From Octopus sinensis (lineage: Eukaryota), in contig NC_042997.1 in NCBI RefSeq assembly GCF_006345805.1, positions 53,506,001 to 53,570,000 of the forward strand: a stretch of DNA of 64,000 bases, read 5' to 3'. The notes below the pieces were generated by a model. The model did not search any database. It was not told the origin of the DNA and saw nothing but the letters and a program-made list of their open reading frames with translations. Position numbers and translations under genes: made by a program. Shown here piece after piece: positions 62,236-64,000 of the stretch. The stretch's first letter is position 1; the number at the start of each line of letters is the position of its first letter.

Positions 62236-62625
62236 TACATGTTTGTGTGTTTTCCTTGTGAATATTTACATTCTGCATTTCACATGAAACAAGCACTGAG
62301 CTACAAATGGGGTTGCCTGTCAATTCCTTAACAAATCTTTTCCTAGCTCTCTGCTTTTGAATAGTTGAATGAAAAATTCTGTGTTTGAAAAACAAATTAA
62401 AGTTAATAAGAAAGGCATCCAACTCTATAACCATGCCTCTATAATATATATTTATTCAACCAGTACTACCATAGAAAAACATGTGTAAAATAAATGACTG
62501 TGTGTATGTTATATTTTTGTCTATATATAGTAACTGATAATTGTTTAAGACTCTAGAATAAGTCTCATTATGAAAAATATGCAATGATGTACTATGTTAT
62601 TATCTAGGATTTTATTATTTTTCAG

Positions 62626-62752
62626 GATGAAGAAAGTAAATCAAATGAGAATTTACTTGCTAATCTCCAGGAGAGGTTAATCCATACTGATCACGGTACT
62701 ATGGTTTTAAGTTCGGCTCTTACTCAAAATTCTCAAAAATCTAACAATACAG
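62626..62752 (+). CDS. NR2C1/2: Probable next coding exon (hinge region) of NR2C receptor
   Basis: Acceptor ttatttttcAG, donor GTGAGA at 62753. Open in phase 0 as required by the preceding exon: DEESKSNENLLANLQERLIHTDHGTMVLSSALTQNSQKSNNT. No recognisable conserved motif, so support is splice signals plus frame. Confidence 0.72.
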
Positions 62753-63172
62753 GTGAGATTTCATTAGGGTTTCATAATTCATTTGTTTTTTTGTCTTATA
62801 CTTGTTGCATGAATTTGTGTAATGTGTAGCCTATATATGTAATCTTAATTTGATGGTCCATATAACATTGGTACAATGGAACTGTCTTGGGGAAAATACT
62901 CAGGATGGGCTACTGCATGAAATATAAACAGTGAACTGGATTTTTATACTTAATGTAGTAACCCAATAAATTCTAATTACTATTGCACACATGGGGAGGG
63001 CAAAAGTTATTATCTTGATTAATTAATCTTATCTTAATGGTTAATAAAAAATGATAGGACAAGCAATCAAGAAGTTTAAATCAGTTAAAAATGAATTAAT
63101 AATAAAATGCAGAGGGAATGGATCTGATCTTTGGTAGTATGGTGACAAAAATGAGTATCTTTTGGTCTAAGA

Positions 63173-63533
63173 AAGTGGTTCTCAATCAGGATTCATATGA
63201 CCCCTAGGGTCAATGCAAGTATAGAATTGGGGATTCACAATAGTATTTAAAGGGTGCGCAAAAAAGTTTTGCTTTAGATATATTTATTACAAGAAACAGC
63301 TAGGTTTCTTTCTCTAATGTTTTACATAGTTTGTCATCTTTCTGTTCACTAAAATATATTCTCTCAGAGAGTGCGTTTGCGAACCTACACAAGTGAATGA
63401 GTGAAAAACAAAATAGGAATTTTGAAAGAACTACCTATAAAACTAGTTTTTAAACACCAAATGACTTGGAGGTCCACTAGAATAAAATACTACTTGAACG
63501 GGTCCATAGATGAAAAATGGTTCAGAACCACTG
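63173..63533. mobile_element. hAT (Charlie-like) MITE with 8-bp TSD
   Basis: TIRs aagtggttctcaa and ttcagaaccactg; TSD gtctaaga (63165-63172) and gtttaaga (63534-63541). Confidence 0.85.
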
Positions 63534-64000
63534 GTTTAAGACTTCATCAGTTAGTCTATGCTTTGTTGATGAGATCTAATAAGAATGAAACATACTGTCA
63601 CTCACTACTGCATTCTGTATTTAATTATGTCTTTGTATTTATATATACCTTTCTTGAGTAGAGTCAGCTATGTATATGATGTTTTTTATCATTACTGTAA
63701 GTGTAATTTTAATTAGTTAAATTTTCTTAACTCACTACATTAAATATGCTAGTGTCCACTTTACTAATGATTTGTGCTTATTTGATCATTTGTCAAAAAG
63801 ATATTCCAGACCATCTACCAATTACTAAGTGTTATAGGTAATTATAGATAATAAGGTATGAAACTTATAATTTTATATTTGGATAACACATGATGAAATA
63901 ACATTGGTATAATAAAGCAAGAAAGAAATCAGAAACAATGCTATTAATAAAATATCAGTTTTTTTTTTTTGTTTTAGTTAGCATTCCTTTTTTTTTTTAA

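Overview
AT-rich, repeat-dense animal genomic DNA; the SINE/RTE repertoire and microsatellite load suggest an octopus/cephalopod (inference). The window lies inside one + strand gene, an NR2C (TR2/TR4-type) orphan nuclear receptor. Three coding exons are supported: 403-582 (zinc-finger DNA-binding domain), 52770-52918 (T-box/hinge, VQQERKP...IYIRKDLNSP) and 62626-62752. They are separated by a 52,187-bp phase-1 intron and a 9,707-bp phase-0 intron. The introns are filled with decayed RTE, L2/CR1-like and R4-like LINE pieces, several tRNA-derived SINE families, Tc1, mariner, Tigger/pogo, piggyBac-like and hAT elements. Nearly all listed ORFs are TE remnants or spurious. The most notable non-TE signals are in the giant intron: (1) a frame-preserving 27-nt candidate microexon (33343-33369) behind a 185-nt AG-free zone, which would insert 9 residues into the receptor T-box; (2) a zero-length AG|GT candidate recursive splice site (46364-46372); (3) a minimal type-I hammerhead fold with two core substitutions (37053-37093); (4) a six-copy head-to-tail SINE array with alternating tail types; (5) a mariner derivative built from two left ends. 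No prokaryotic features, CRISPR arrays, rRNA or true tRNA genes were seen. TE boundaries are read by eye and approximate unless TIRs/TSDs are given.
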